Assembly: GCA_051294375.1 (NCBI GenBank)
Contig: CM119264.1
Coordinates: forward strand, 17,857,157-17,921,156
Source of the DNA: Paraspadella gotoi
Lineage: Eukaryota; Animalia; Chaetognatha
Direction of reading: 5' to 3'
Length of the DNA stretch: 64,000 nt
In this document: one piece after another, positions 63,122-64,000 of the stretch
Layout: each line of letters opens with the position of its first letter
How positions within the stretch are numbered: the first letter of the stretch is position 1
Notes under the pieces: generated by a model
What the model saw: only the letters and a program-made list of their open reading frames with translations
Databases searched by the model: none
What the model was told of the DNA's origin: nothing
Made by a program: the position numbers and the translations under genes

Positions 63122-64000
63122 ATGGTTGGTGGTCGAGGGACTCCACCCGTTGGGATGGACGAGGACGATTTACTAGAAGCTGACGAGGGAGACGCGTTGG
63201 AGGTGATCGAGTTGGAAGGCTACGACGGCAACGATGGAAGTGATCCGGAGGAAACTGACTATACTGGCGAGGGTAAGTGTATTTAAAATGGTAATTTTTT
63301 ACTTGATTTTTTTTTTACTTAATTTATAGCTTTTTTGATGTTGACCCTTTTCACTTTAGTAATGGACGAAGACGAATCCGTGTTGTTCGACCCACCGGAG
63401 GTGGACGACGCTGCCATTGTCTTTTCAGCTCATTCCAAATCGGTTTTTACTGTGGCTCTCGATCCGAGCGGAAGCATCGCTGTCAGTGGTGGAGAGGACG
63501 ACGTCGCCTTCGTCTGGTCGGTCGTCGACGGGAAGATCATGTTCAAGTGCGAGGGACACCAGGCGAGGCTCATTTATTTCGTATCATTTTAACTCTTTCG
63601 CTGCTATCGAAGCCATCGCGCTTTTTTTAGCGTGGGTGGTCAAAAAGTAGCGTATATAAAAAAGCGGGTTATTGGTCGCGTTTTAAGATAATAAGTTTTT
63701 AAAGTGCATTACCCAAACTCGGAACAATCCAATATTCTCTTTTTGAACATATACTTGTATATATAATTATATATATATGAAACCAATATAAATATGTACG
63801 TACTTATCGCGTTTTCTTAAAAGCTTAGTTACTTTGTCTTTGACCACAGGATTCCGTAGTATGCGCGGCGTTCAACAACGATGGAAGCATGGTAGCCACC
63901 GGTGACTTGGCCGGCGCTGTTAATGTTTGGAAAGTGGCCACCGGAAAGCTGGTATGGAACTTCGAGGTCAGCGACATGGAATGGCTTTTGTGGCATCCTG
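63122..64000 (+). CDS. AAMP: Angio-associated migratory cell protein / Sqt1-like WD40 protein (5' part)
   Basis: Exons 63122-63272, 63360-63562, 63850 to beyond 64000. Acidic N-terminus with TPP, DDAAIVFSAHSKSVF, AVSGGEDDVAFVW, GHQDSVVCAAFNNDGSMVATGDLAG, MEWLLWHP. Confidence 0.9.

Overview
Animal (metazoan invertebrate) nuclear DNA with short GT-AG introns; the taxon cannot be assigned from sequence alone. The left part (1-40 kb) is repeat- and microsatellite-rich. It holds a large, unidentified multi-exon minus-strand gene, an RSF1-like chromatin remodelling subunit (+) and a Mohawk-type TALE homeobox gene (-). The right part (41.6-64 kb) is the main observation: a tightly packed, all-plus-strand run made of a non-coding snoRNA-host-like leader followed by eIF3j, AlaRS (with an unusual N-terminal eEF1B-like GST domain), beta-tubulin, RPS9, sideroflexin, RPLP2, cyclophilin, RPLP0 and AAMP (truncated by the window end). 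Spacers are only about 120-600 bp, mostly lack AATAAA, and several contain paired splice donors and acceptors. This suggests an operon-like, possibly cis-spliced polycistronic unit for translation and housekeeping genes, carrying about ten intronic C/D and H/ACA snoRNA candidates. The window also has hAT-type MITEs with 8-bp target-site duplications, a structured tRNA-containing repeat and two Penelope-type minimal hammerhead motifs. All calls were made by eye, rRNA and snoRNA matches are from recalled sequences, and exon boundaries are approximate unless stated.
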